This document shows positions 37,360 through 47,200 of a stretch of 47,404 nucleotides of DNA, one piece after another. Numbering within the stretch: position 1 is the first letter of the stretch; each line of letters begins with the position of its first letter. This stretch comes from Alphaproteobacteria bacterium. GTDB lineage: Bacteria > Pseudomonadota > Alphaproteobacteria > Sphingomonadales > Govanellaceae. The DNA lies in assembly GCA_003695065.1 (NCBI GenBank), contig RFJA01000070.1, positions 1-47,404 of the forward strand, written 5' to 3'. A model generated the notes under the pieces. It was given only the letters and a program-made list of their open reading frames with translations, was not told the DNA's origin and made no database searches. Position numbers and translations under genes: made by a program.

Positions 37360-37655
37360 AAGGGTGTCGGCTTCGGTCGACTATGGCGATAAACGGCTAT
37401 GCGGAATAGACGTAGCGGACCCGGGGGCAGTTCCCGGCGCCTCCACCAATTTCTGGTACGGTCAAAATTTCGTACGATCTAAGACTTTGGGGGCGAATCA
37501 GGCTCGACGTGCGTTGAAAGGCTTAGCTTTCGCCCGGTATGATACCGCCGTGATGGGTCAAAACACACAAATGCCAACGACAATGACGTCATGGCTGTTG
37601 CTGCGTAAGCAGTAACTGGGGTTCGGGAGGCACCTCGCAACAGAAGCCTCCCACT
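37360..37655 (+). ncRNA. ssrA: Two-piece (circularly permuted) tmRNA gene, alphaproteobacterial type; outer coordinates approximate
   Basis: The acceptor piece ends ...GGAC CCGGG GGCAGTT CCCGG CGCCTCC ACCA at 37417-37448. A 40-nt spacer with hairpin GTACG..CGTAC follows. The coding piece starts GGGGGCG at 37489-37495; this pairs with CGCCTCC and gives the G3:U identity pair. Next comes AAUCAGGCUCGACG, which resembles the E. coli 5' region. The tag frame GCC AAC GAC AAT GAC GTC ATG GCT GTT GCT GCG TAA (37573-37608) encodes ANDNDVMAVAA. Confidence 0.8.
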
Positions 37656-37794
37656 TCTCCGTGCCTCTCCGGCCCTTGCCTCTCCGGCCCGCGAATCATG
37701 AGTTGCCCTCCGATCCCCTGATCGGCTTTTCTTGCCTTTCGCCGGGGCCGATCATAAACTCGGCTTCTTTCTGGCCCAACGGGGGAAATGTTTC

Positions 37795-38997
37795 ATGCCG
37801 CTTAGCGCCATTCGGGAGTTTTTCAAATGGGAAGCGGCTGGTGGCATTCTGTTGATCATCGCCGCAGCGCTTGCGCTGGTTCTGGATAATTCACCGCTCG
37901 CCAGCCTGTACGACCGCATTCTCACTCTGCAGATTTCCGTCTCCATCGGCGAGGTCGCAATCGCCAAGCCGCTATTGCTCTGGATCAATGATGGCCTGAT
38001 GGCGGTGTTTTTTCTCCTCATCGGTCTTGAGGTCAAGCGCGAGATACTGGAGGGCGAGCTTTCCAGCAGGGATCAGATTGTGTTGCCACTTGCCGCGGCG
38101 GTGGGGGGCATGGTGGTGCCGGCTCTGATTTATGTGGCATTCAACCGGGGCAATAGCGAGGCGCTCGCCGGTTGGGCCATACCGGCGGCAACCGATATCG
38201 CGTTTGCGCTTGGAATCCTGTCGCTTCTGGGCAGCCGGGTGCCCACTTCGCTCAAGGTGTTCCTGACCGCGCTCGCGATTATTGATGACCTGGGCGCGAT
38301 TATCATTATCGCGATGTTCTACACAGCCAACCTGTCAACGACAGCGCTGACTCTGGCTGCGCTCGCCATCGCGGGTCTTGTTACGCTCAATCGCTTCGGG
38401 GTCAACCGGCTGGCGCCTTATGTCCTGGTTGGCGCTCTGTTGTGGGTGTTCGTGCTCAAGTCGGGGGTCCATGCCACGCTCGCCGGTGTGGCGGTGGGCC
38501 TGGCGGTCCCGCTCAGGCCGAGGCGCCGGGGCGACCGGTCCCTGTTGCGGCACCTGGAACATGAACTTCATCCCTGGGTCGCCTTCATGATTCTGCCCCT
38601 GTTCGCGTTTGCCAATGCCGGTTTGCATCTGCTCGACCTCCCCGCTGCCGGTTTCGTGGACCCGGTGGCGCTTGGTATCGCCACCGGTCTGTTCGTTGGC
38701 AAGCAGATCGGCGTTTTCGGTTTCGCTGCCGTGCTCATCCTGCTCGGGTTGGCCCGCATGCCCGAGGGGGCGAACTGGCGGGGCCTCTACGGGGTCAGTG
38801 TGCTCACCGGTATCGGCTTTACCATGAGCCTGTTCATCGGCACCCTTGCCTTCGATGATATTGGCTATGCCAACACCCTGCGGCTCGGTGTGCTCGGCGG
38901 GTCATTGGCGTCAGCAGTGCTGGGATACCTGGTTCTCGGGCGATCGGGTGGAAGGCGTCGGTCGCCGGATCCAATGCGCACAAAATCCGGCCATTGA
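37795..38997 (+). CDS. nhaA: Na+/H+ antiporter NhaA
   Basis: MPLSAIREFFKWEAAGGILLIIAAALAL...WINDGLMAVFFLLIGLEVKRE...AIPAATDIAFALG..ALAIIDDLGAI is a canonical NhaA sequence. The ATG at 37795 was chosen. Confidence 0.9.
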   Translation: MPLSAIREFFKWEAAGGILLIIAAALALVLDNSPLASLYDRILTLQISVSIGEVAIAKPLLLWINDGLMAVFFLLIGLEVKREILEGELSSRDQIVLPLAAAVGGMVVPALIYVAFNRGNSEALAGWAIPAATDIAFALGILSLLGSRVPTSLKVFLTALAIIDDLGAIIIIAMFYTANLSTTALTLAALAIAGLVTLNRFGVNRLAPYVLVGALLWVFVLKSGVHATLAGVAVGLAVPLRPRRRGDRSLLRHLEHELHPWVAFMILPLFAFANAGLHLLDLPAAGFVDPVALGIATGLFVGKQIGVFGFAAVLILLGLARMPEGANWRGLYGVSVLTGIGFTMSLFIGTLAFDDIGYANTLRLGVLGGSLASAVLGYLVLGRSGGRRRSPDPMRTKSGH

Positions 38998-39125
38998 GGC
39001 CGCAATACCCGCCGTGAAGCTGGCCCGTTCCGGAGTCCACCGGCTTTCCGATCCAAGGGATTCCCGGAAGATTGTCACGGCCGATCCGCACCACTTCCAG
39101 TTCCATTTGTCGCAGCGGGCCGGTG
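38939..39125 (-). pseudogene. Relic of the C-terminal third of a second beta-carbonic anhydrase
   Basis: The minus strand encodes ...RQMELEVVRIGRDNLPGIPWIGKPVDSGTGQLHGGYCGLNGRILCALDP.... This aligns with the intact CA (41660-42286) at ...REMEQEAIRVSLDNLLSFPWVKERVDAGTIQLHGWYFDINDGIVWALDQ.... DNA similarity is about 70% by eye. There is no start codon, no catalytic part and no matching stop. Confidence 0.65.
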
Positions 39126-39151
39126 CGCAGCCTGGCGTTTGCGCCCGCCGT

Positions 39152-39183
39152 AAAAAAAACCGCGGCCCGTTCCGGGGCCGCGG
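39152..39183 (-). terminator. Rho-independent terminator of the TonB-dependent receptor gene
   Basis: The minus strand reads CCGCGGCCC-cggaac-GGGCCGCGG followed by T8, 55 nt after the receptor stop. Confidence 0.75.
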
Positions 39184-39237
39184 CAGTGGAGTGCAAGGGA
39201 AGGCCGGTCCCCCAACCGGCTCCTCCCGGAGTCAACC

Positions 39238-41457
39238 TCAGAACCGGAAGGCGATTTCGACGCCCCAAAGTCTTGGCAGGTTGGGTAGGTAGTTGCCCTG
39301 ATTGCCCGAGAAGGCGTAGTTGGTATAGGTCCGCTCGTCGGTCACGTTGTCGATGAAGCCGGTCAGGGTCCATTGCTCGCCGCGCACACCGAGACGCAGA
39401 TCGACGTAGTTCTTCGATCCGCCGTCGTCGATGAAATTTTCCGTATCAAAGAAAATCTTGTCTACATACCGGTAGGCGGCACGGCCGAACACGCTGATCC
39501 CCTCCATGACCTCGGTTTCATAGTCCACTGACAGGTTGAAGGTAGCTTCCGGCGTGTCGGGCAGGGTGTTGCCCTTGTTGTTGACTTCCAGGGCCACCTC
39601 GCCTGTGGTGAAGTTGAAGTACTGGGTGATCTCGTCGGAGGCGATCTCCGCGTTCATCAGCCCGCCGCTGGCCTGGACCCGCAGGCCGGGCGCGAGAAGG
39701 GCAACCAGGTCCACCTCGACCCCGTAAACCTCCGCCTTGTCGAAGGTGGTCATGCTCTGGAGCGCGGCGCCAAAGAAATAATGATGGCGATTTTCGATAT
39801 CGCTGTAGAACACGGCGCCATTCAGCGTCACTCGCCCGTCCATGAGCGTGCTCTTCACGCCGGCTTCGACAGTATCCGCGATTTCAGGCTCGATGAACCG
39901 GGGCAGCCCGCCCGCGAAGGCCGCGGTCGGGTTCGGGACGCCGGTGCGGAAGCCCCGGGCGAAATCCACGTAAGTGAGAACGTTTTCGTTCACCTTGTAG
40001 GCAAGGTTGACCTTGGGCTGGAACTTGCTGAACTTGCGCGAGGCGGTCTGGCCTGGCAGGGCGAGAAATGCGGGATCCTCACCCACATAGGCGGTATTGA
40101 TGTCGACCTCGTCGTAGCGGCCGGCGACCGTCAGGGTCAGGTCGTCGGTAAGGTCATAGTTGGCGCTGGCGAAGACCGCCCAGGCCTCGCTGTTGACCAC
40201 GTCCCGGCCATCGGTCAGCAACGCATTGGCCGGATTGTTGCGGCTTTCTTCCAGGGTCTTGTGACCCACGGTGAAATCGCCGAGGAGCACCAGGACCTGG
40301 TTGAAGATTTCGCGGTCCTGATAGAACGCGCCAACCACATAACGGAACCGCTTGCTGTCATCCGAGGTGTAGCGCAGCTCGGTGTTGAACACCTCGACAT
40401 CGAAGCGCACGTCCTGCAGGAGCACGTCGATGGGCTGGAAGTCGAGGTCGCCGTAATCTTCCTGGTCGCTCTTGTTGTACCCGGTCACGGACGTCACCAC
40501 GCCATCGCCCGCGTCAAACTCTAGTTTGAGCGAGGAGGTCAGGACGTCGCGCCTTTCCTCGGTCTGGACGTTGCTCTTGTTGACGAATTGACCGTCGCTG
40601 ATATCGCTGCCAAGTCGGCCCAGCGGTCCGCCGAACAGAAGGTCGATCTCGGGCACGGGATCGGGCAGGAGCGGGAAGGATTCATAGTAGGACGCACCGT
40701 TCTTCCCGTCCATGTAGGATACCCGAAGGTCGACCCGCACCAAGCCGAGATCGGCATAGAGCGCCCCCCGGATGGTGCCTTCCTCGACAAAATCCACCAG
40801 ATCATTGGTCAGTGTATTGCGGATGTAGCCATCGCGTTTCTCATAGACGCCGGCCACCCGGAATGTCAGCTTGTCCTCGACAATGGGGCCGGACAGGCCA
40901 GCCACATAACGCTGGGCGTCATTCTTGCCGTAGGTCGCCTTGGCGAAACCTTCGAATTCGTTGGTCGGCGGCCGGGTGATGATATTGATGGCACCGCCAA
41001 CGGCGCCCGCCCCGTAAATCGGCTGCGGACCTTTCAGCACCTCGATCCGCTCCACATCGAACAGGTCCTGGTTGATGAAGTCCTGGGCCGGCGCCTGAAC
41101 GTCGTCGATGTTCAGGATCACCGGGGAGTCGCCCTGCTGCGGCGTGGACAGGCCGCGGGCCGAGATGTTGACAACACCCTTCCGGAAGGACGGCTGCAGG
41201 ATGACGTTGGGCACGTTGGCCGTCACGTCTGCAATCCGGGCGATCCCGGCGCCTTCGATATCGCTGGCGGTGAAGGCGGTGAGCGCCTCCGGAATATCCT
41301 GGATGTTTTCCTCCCGTTTACGCGCGGTGACCAGAACCTCTTCGATCACCCAGCCGGTCTCGCCGGCGGGTTCCACGGCGACCGCCGCGTTCATGGTGAA
41401 CGGCAGCGCTATCGCCGCCACCCCCATCATCAGTTGTTGTCTGCCCGACTGTCTCAT
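39238..41457 (-). CDS. TonB-dependent outer-membrane receptor (intact)
   Basis: It has a signal peptide, a TonB box/plug (IEEVLVTARKREENIQDIPEALTAF ... IERIEVLKGPQ), a 22-strand-type barrel and a terminal ...LWGVEIAFRF. Confidence 0.9.
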   Translation of the reverse strand: MRQSGRQQLMMGVAAIALPFTMNAAVAVEPAGETGWVIEEVLVTARKREENIQDIPEALTAFTASDIEGAGIARIADVTANVPNVILQPSFRKGVVNISARGLSTPQQGDSPVILNIDDVQAPAQDFINQDLFDVERIEVLKGPQPIYGAGAVGGAINIITRPPTNEFEGFAKATYGKNDAQRYVAGLSGPIVEDKLTFRVAGVYEKRDGYIRNTLTNDLVDFVEEGTIRGALYADLGLVRVDLRVSYMDGKNGASYYESFPLLPDPVPEIDLLFGGPLGRLGSDISDGQFVNKSNVQTEERRDVLTSSLKLEFDAGDGVVTSVTGYNKSDQEDYGDLDFQPIDVLLQDVRFDVEVFNTELRYTSDDSKRFRYVVGAFYQDREIFNQVLVLLGDFTVGHKTLEESRNNPANALLTDGRDVVNSEAWAVFASANYDLTDDLTLTVAGRYDEVDINTAYVGEDPAFLALPGQTASRKFSKFQPKVNLAYKVNENVLTYVDFARGFRTGVPNPTAAFAGGLPRFIEPEIADTVEAGVKSTLMDGRVTLNGAVFYSDIENRHHYFFGAALQSMTTFDKAEVYGVEVDLVALLAPGLRVQASGGLMNAEIASDEITQYFNFTTGEVALEVNNKGNTLPDTPEATFNLSVDYETEVMEGISVFGRAAYRYVDKIFFDTENFIDDGGSKNYVDLRLGVRGEQWTLTGFIDNVTDERTYTNYAFSGNQGNYLPNLPRLWGVEIAFRF

Positions 41458-41659
41458 TGTCTGCCTCCCTGACCTCGATAACGCCGCTGCGAACGGCGCA
41501 TTTCAACGGACTACCAAAAATATCCGGGAGCCCGGCCGCATCACCGTGCCGGTTCCGCTCCCGTCAATATTCTTGCCGGGCGGCAATATTATTCAATTAA
41601 AGATGCGGTTAGGTGGCAGACTAATATGGATAGGTACGGGTATTGCGCACACCGGATCG

Positions 41660-42286
41660 TCACTCGACCGGGCGGAAAGATCCGGTCTTCTGGTCCAGTG
41701 CCCACACAATTCCGTCATTGATATCGAAATACCAGCCGTGAAGCTGGATCGTTCCGGCGTCCACCCGCTCCTTTACCCACGGGAAGGACAAAAGATTGTC
41801 AAGGCTGACGCGGATGGCTTCCTGTTCCATCTCCCGCAGTTGCTCGGCGTGCGGCTTGTCAGCGGCGCTGGACCGCACCCGGTCGCGCGCTTCCTTCACG
41901 ATCTGCATCCACGGGATAATAAAATCGGCGCCCTTGTCCAGGTCCTCGTATAGCGCCTTGACGCCGCCGCACTGGGCGTGCCCCATGACCACGATATGCT
42001 CCACGCCCAGATGCAGGACAGCGAATTCAAGTGCCGCCGAGGTGCCGTGATAGGCCCCGTCGGGGCGGGCTGGCGGTACCAGATTGGCCACGTTGCGGAC
42101 GGCAAACACGGCCCCCGGGTCGGCGTCGAGCACGATCGCCGGATCGACGCGGCTGTCGCAGCAGGAAATGATCATGGTCTTGGGTGACTGGCCCTGTTCG
42201 GCCAGTTCGGTGTAAAGCGCTTTCTGTTCCTGATAGCGTCCGTTGCGGAAGCGCCGGTAGCCTTCGAGCAGTTGGTCAATGGTCAC
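41660..42286 (-). CDS. Beta-class carbonic anhydrase
   Basis: The zinc-ligand motifs CCDSRVDP and VMGHAQCGG are present. The product is 208 aa. Confidence 0.9.
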   Translation of the reverse strand: MTIDQLLEGYRRFRNGRYQEQKALYTELAEQGQSPKTMIISCCDSRVDPAIVLDADPGAVFAVRNVANLVPPARPDGAYHGTSAALEFAVLHLGVEHIVVMGHAQCGGVKALYEDLDKGADFIIPWMQIVKEARDRVRSSAADKPHAEQLREMEQEAIRVSLDNLLSFPWVKERVDAGTIQLHGWYFDINDGIVWALDQKTGSFRPVE

Positions 42287-43137
42287 CTTGTGTCGTCCTC
42301 TCTGGTATTTCCGGTACTCTGTGCGACGCTTTTATCGTCCAAGAGCGATAGCCGGTCAAGACGCAGCCGGTCGCGATTGTCACTGAGCAGACGCGATCCA
42401 CCGAACGCGGCAGCGATCACGCCAAGCCCGGTTCCGCCCGCGATCAGGAACATGATCAGGATCTGATAGCGGGTGGCGGTCCCAACGTCGGCGCCAGCCA
42501 GAATCTGCCCGGTCATCATGCCGGGAAGCGACACGACGCCGGCGGCGCTCATGGCGTTGATGATGGGCATCAGCCCGGTGCGCATGGCATGGCGCATGGC
42601 GGGTCGTGCCGCGTCGGTAAAGCTGTGGCCCAGGGCGAGGCGCGCCTCGATCGCCCGGCGGTCGCGATACAGCGTTTCGGTCAGTGTATTGAGCGCGAGC
42701 GCGGTGCCGGTCATGGTATTGCCCATGATCATGCCAAGCAGCGGCAGGGCAACCCAGGGCGCATACCACGGGTCGGGCCGTACCACGGTGTTGAGTGCCA
42801 GGATGGTTACCGTGAAAGAGGCGAACAGCATGGCACCGACGCCGATGCCGTAGCCCTGCCACCATGGCAGTCGGCGGGCCTGCCGCGCCATCACCTCGCG
42901 CCCGGCAAATGCCAGCATGATGGTGGCGGCCAGGGCGGTGAGCCACAATTGTTCCTGCCCGAAAATGAAATGCAGGACGAGCCCCATCAGGCTCAGCTGG
43001 GCCGCGGTGCGCGCGCCGGCGATCAGCCAGGCCGTCTCCTGGCCGAGCCGGAACCGAAACGACAGGATCGCGTTGAGCACCACCAGCCCCCCGGCGGCAG
43101 CCACCTCCCATGTCTCCAGCGGGATCGGGCCACCCAT
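42283..43137 (-). CDS. fetB: ABC transporter permease, UPF0014 (FetB/YbbM-like)
   Basis: It is a polytopic membrane protein with PLLGMIMGNTM and LPGMMTGQILAG..V..ATRYQILIMF, both characteristic of the YbbM family. It overlaps the CA gene by 4 nt and the ATPase gene by 1 nt. Confidence 0.7.
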   Translation of the reverse strand: MGGPIPLETWEVAAAGGLVVLNAILSFRFRLGQETAWLIAGARTAAQLSLMGLVLHFIFGQEQLWLTALAATIMLAFAGREVMARQARRLPWWQGYGIGVGAMLFASFTVTILALNTVVRPDPWYAPWVALPLLGMIMGNTMTGTALALNTLTETLYRDRRAIEARLALGHSFTDAARPAMRHAMRTGLMPIINAMSAAGVVSLPGMMTGQILAGADVGTATRYQILIMFLIAGGTGLGVIAAAFGGSRLLSDNRDRLRLDRLSLLDDKSVAQSTGNTREDDTR

Positions 43138-43736
43138 TACGCTGCCGCCTCCAGTCTCCCGTTTGCCATGCGCAGCCGGCGGGCCGCCAGCGAGTCCAGC
43201 AGGGCCGGATCGTGGGCCACCAGAACCACACTGCCGCCGTCTTCGAGCAAACGCTCAAGGGCCCGGGCAACCCGTCGGGCCGCGTCGCGGTCGAGCCCCG
43301 ACGTGGGCTCGTCCAGCAACAGGACGGCGGGTTTGCCCGCCAGGGCCCGGGCGAGGCCGAGGCGCTGTCCCTCGCCGGTGGACAGGCGGGTTACGGTCCA
43401 GTCCATGGCCCCCGCGAGGCCAAGTGCTTCGGCAAGGCGGGCGCCGCGCTCCTCGTCCGCGAAGTGATCCCCCACCCGTTCGGCCCACCAGGCGGGCTCG
43501 GCCGCCACGTAGCAGACCCGGGCGCGCCAGGCGGCCGCCGGCATGCTGTTGCGCGCCGTGCCGTTCAGAAAGACCTCCCCCCTGGCCGGGTCGAGGTCGG
43601 CGAGGGCCCGCAGAAGGGTGCTTTTGCCGCTACCCGACGGACCTTCGATGCCGAGGCAGGTGCCGGCGTCCAGCGTAAACGACACCGGCCCGAGAAGCGG
43701 CGGACGGGCAAGGCTGCGAACTTCCAGAAGGGCCAT
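43137..43736 (-). CDS. fetA: ABC transporter ATP-binding protein (FetA/YbbL-like)
   Basis: It carries Walker A GPSGSGKST, the signature LSTGEGQRL and Walker B LLLDEPTSGLD. The start is ATG 43736; 43754 is an alternative. Confidence 0.75.
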   Translation of the reverse strand: MALLEVRSLARPPLLGPVSFTLDAGTCLGIEGPSGSGKSTLLRALADLDPARGEVFLNGTARNSMPAAAWRARVCYVAAEPAWWAERVGDHFADEERGARLAEALGLAGAMDWTVTRLSTGEGQRLGLARALAGKPAVLLLDEPTSGLDRDAARRVARALERLLEDGGSVVLVAHDPALLDSLAARRLRMANGRLEAAA

Positions 43737-43862
43737 GCGACAGACCCGCACCAATCAAATGCTTGTCAGAGGGATCAAACTTGCCACATGATACCGTTCC
43801 ACGCACGCCAAAAAGGGCGGGCCGAGTCAAGACGGCATACAAGCCGGGAAAAGGGGGATTTC

Positions 43863-44279
43863 ATGCTGGATACCGGTGTCATCAATACGGGCGTGCCCGT
43901 GACCTTGTTGTTTGCCTCGCTCAACGGGCTGATTTTTGTGGTGCTGTCCATTCTGGTGGTGCGCGGGCGCACCGTCGAGAAGGTCAGTATCGGGGCCGGC
44001 GGGCGCGAGCGGCTTGAAGTGGCGATTCGGGTGCATGGCAACTTTGCCGAATATGTACCGCTGGCGCTTCTGCTGCTGGCGCTGCTGGAGTTGTCGGGCA
44101 GTGGTGAAACGCTGCTCTACACCCTGGGCGTCGTGTTGACGGTCGGACGGCTATCCCATGCCTACGGTCTGTCCAAGACGTTGAAGCCCAATGCGTTCCG
44201 GGTCGCCGGCACCCTGGCCACATGGATTGTTATCGGGGTTTCCTGCTTCCTCGGACTTTACGAGGTGTTGGCGGCATAG
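43863..44279 (+). CDS. MAPEG-family membrane protein (YecN-like)
   Basis: The 138-aa product has four hydrophobic helices and ..RGR....IG.G....LE.AIR.HGNF.EYVPLALLLL.L.E....., typical of bacterial MAPEG proteins. The first 250 codons of the 43110 ORF are antisense to fetA and were rejected. Confidence 0.7.
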   Translation: MLDTGVINTGVPVTLLFASLNGLIFVVLSILVVRGRTVEKVSIGAGGRERLEVAIRVHGNFAEYVPLALLLLALLELSGSGETLLYTLGVVLTVGRLSHAYGLSKTLKPNAFRVAGTLATWIVIGVSCFLGLYEVLAA

Positions 44280-47200
44280 CGCGCCGCCACCCGGTCCACT
44301 AGAGCCGCAACGTCCCCGGCCGATACGACGGCCCCGGGCTGGCCCGAGGACTCGCCCAGAACACCGCCGAGGACCGCTTCGCCCACGTGATGGCCGAGCG
44401 CGCGATAGGCTTCGAACTGGGCCTCGTCGAAGAACTGGTCGGCGGTGGTCTGGTGGGGGAAGTCGGGGTCGTCGTCGCGGTACTTGCGGATGGATACCGG
44501 TTCATCACCGGTCATTGACGACTTGATGTAGACGAGGTAGCCGTAGTCGCCGGCCCCGTAGTTGATCCGGCCAATGGCCCCGTGGGCGGCGCTCCACCCA
44601 CCGTTGGCGCTGGGGCGCAGTGCGTCCACGTCGAGATCTATGGTGATCCCCAGGTCAATCCGGGCCAGCCGGATCGCGTTGGCCAGCCCCTTGAAGGTCA
44701 TGTCGGGATCAGCTTCCCCGTCGCAGGCGATGATCAGCCGGCAGCGCCGGCGCAACAGTTCGTAGATGCCGAGATTTTCCAGGTGGCCACCGTCCGTCAG
44801 GTTGATGTGCCGGCCGGTCTCGTCCAGCAGGCCCATCATTTCCCGCAGAAGGTGGACCGGAGTGACACGCGACAGCGGCGCGAGCAGCGTCCGCGCCAGC
44901 CGTCCCACCACCGGAACACGGAAGGCATCACCACTGAAGGCGCGCGGATGGGGTAGCCAGTAGCCGAGCCGGATGTTGAGAAGGGTGAGCACGAAGGTCA
45001 GGGCGCGGTGTGTCTCTGCGCCCATGTTGGGTGCTGCGGCCGCGCCCGAGATGGCGACAGCGGTGCCGAGATCGAGCGGCGGGTGCAGGGCTTCCATCTC
45101 CGTAGTGGCGCGGTAACCGGTCAGCGGTCCACCCACATAGTTGCGGCTGAAGGTAAAGAATGCGCCGCCCCGCCCCCTGAGATTGGCACCCTTGGAGGTC
45201 TGAATATTGAGCGTGGTGTTGATCAGGTGATAGGGGGCCAGCGCTTCATCGAGTCCGGACAGGAGCTGGCGGTCGTTGTGGCGGACCGTGCCGTCTCCGG
45301 TCCACGGGTCCACCAGGTAGGCCTTGCTCAGCCGGTCGCGGTAGAAGTGGTGAAAAGAGGTGGCGTTTACATCATAGAAGAAGCGGGTGACAAGAAACGC
45401 CATGATGCCGACGAGCCCGTAGACCATCGCGATTGCGCTGGTCTCACCACTCCACTGCCAGCCGTCGTGGAGGGGCGCGAGAAGCCAGGCAACACCGCTG
45501 CCCAGTACCCCGGTCGCCCCCGCGACCGGGGTCAAGATCGCAGCCGGGTCGCCAAGTGCGTCGGCCAGCGCCGCCAGCCAACCCGGGGCGGTCGCGGGGA
45601 TCAGTGCCCAGCGGCACAGGCCGAGATAGAACAGCCAGACCACCAGCGGTCCCGCCACCGCAAGTGATACCAGGCCGATTCGGCCGGCCAGCCCCGACGC
45701 GCGCCCGGCAAGCGGGCCCGAGAACAGGACGCCGGCGCCGAGCAGGATTGCGCTTGCCATGGTCGTTACCTCGGCGCCGTCGCCAAGCCCGGTCAGGCGC
45801 ACCGATCCCAGCGCGTGAAGCCAGGTGATGGCGAGCGGCTGGATGGTCACGAAACCGGTGAGGGCGATGGCAAGTACGGCGCCGCCTGCAAGATAACGGG
45901 TCAGCCAGTCACGGGTGGCCCAGCTCCGGCCCGCCACATGTTCGGACAGCCACTGGAACACGGGATAAAGGGCAAGCAGGCCGAGGACGGCGACCACGCC
46001 CCAGCGCAGTGACGAGAACACCCGGTCACGCAGCGCCACCGTGGGGTTGGTCGCGGCGGGTCGGCCCGTTCCGGCCGACTCCTTCCAGGCGTGAACGGTC
46101 AATCGAGGCGATGTGGTTGCGGCGGTGCGCAGGACGAGCGGCAGCACCGGCGTGGCGGTCGGTACAATGACCGTTGTCCGGTGCTCCTGTCCCGGTGAGG
46201 CCGGCCAGATATCGCCGCCCAGTCCGCTGACCGCCACGAAATCGTATCGCTCGACAAGTGGTGTCGGGCCGGCCAGCAAGATATCGAGATCAAGGTCGAA
46301 TCGGTTGGCGTGGTCATCCGACGAAATCAGCCAGGGGGCCACTTCCCGGGGGTCAATGACGACAGTCCGCTCTTCGGTCAGCAGGGCTTCACGAATTTCG
46401 CCGCCCGCGATCCACAATGTCAGCAGGGAGGCGCCAAGCAGAAGTGGCAGAAGGATCAGGAAATTGACCAGCAGGCCACGCAGGAACAGGGCGGGCAACC
46501 TCAGACCGGCCAGGAACTTGCGCGGGGTCAGGTAGTTGGAATTGTCACGCAGATGACGAAAGGCGGCGCCCTCGGGCACGCCCACACAGTGATGAAAGGG
46601 GAAGGCGTCGACGCCAGCCGCCAGGGACAGACCGAGGCCATGCCCGGCGGCGTCACCATCCAGCTGAATGCGCAGCGTTGATCCGGCCTTGCCGTGTTCC
46701 GTGGTCACGACAACGCCGTCGGGCAAGGCGCCGCGTGGCCGGATGGTCGCGGGCAGACGTCGGCCGTCCGGTGCCATGCTTTCAGCCCATAGCCGTATGG
46801 TCTGCGGCGTGGTTGCGCAGGGCAGGGTGAGTTCCAACGCCGCCTGACTTTGCGCGCTGACATGCCAGCAATCGTCGTCTTTCAGAGTTGCGCCACGAAG
46901 CGCGGCGCCACGCGGTACGCCCGATATGACAATATCGCTGTCAGCTGGGGCGGAGGCGAAACAGGAACTCAGGCACGCGCCCAGATAGCCGCCGCCCGAC
47001 ACCGTGGACAGGTAGTCGATCTGGGCAAGGACGCCGTTGCGCGCCAACGTCTGGACTACGCCCAGATTGAAGGTGGCCGAGCGAATGCCACCTCCCGAAA
47101 GGGCCAGTCCCGCCAGACCGTGACGAGCGTGCGGGCGTCCTCCGTCGTCCGTGATCTCCGGCAATCCCAGTCGCTTCCGGCGCGCATTGATGGACTCCAG

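Noticed and set aside
37163-37615. 150-aa ORF between thyA and nhaA
   Set aside because: It overlaps the tmRNA gene, whose structural elements and tag frame explain the region better.
37661-37690. 15-nt tandem duplication (g/t)tgcctctccggccc downstream of the tmRNA coding piece
   Set aside because: There are only two copies. It could be part of the tmRNA 3' trailer or the nhaA promoter region, and there is no basis for a functional call.
41458-41659. Cobalamin or other riboswitch in the 5' leader of the TonB receptor
   Set aside because: I looked for a B12-box-like element and conserved riboswitch cores on the coding strand and found none. Only a local stem (GGGAGC...GCTCCC) is present.
43110-43862. 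N-terminal 250 codons of the 389-aa ORF ending at 44279
   Set aside because: This part is antisense to fetA. Only the last 138 codons, from ATG 43863, have MAPEG-like hydrophobic helices.
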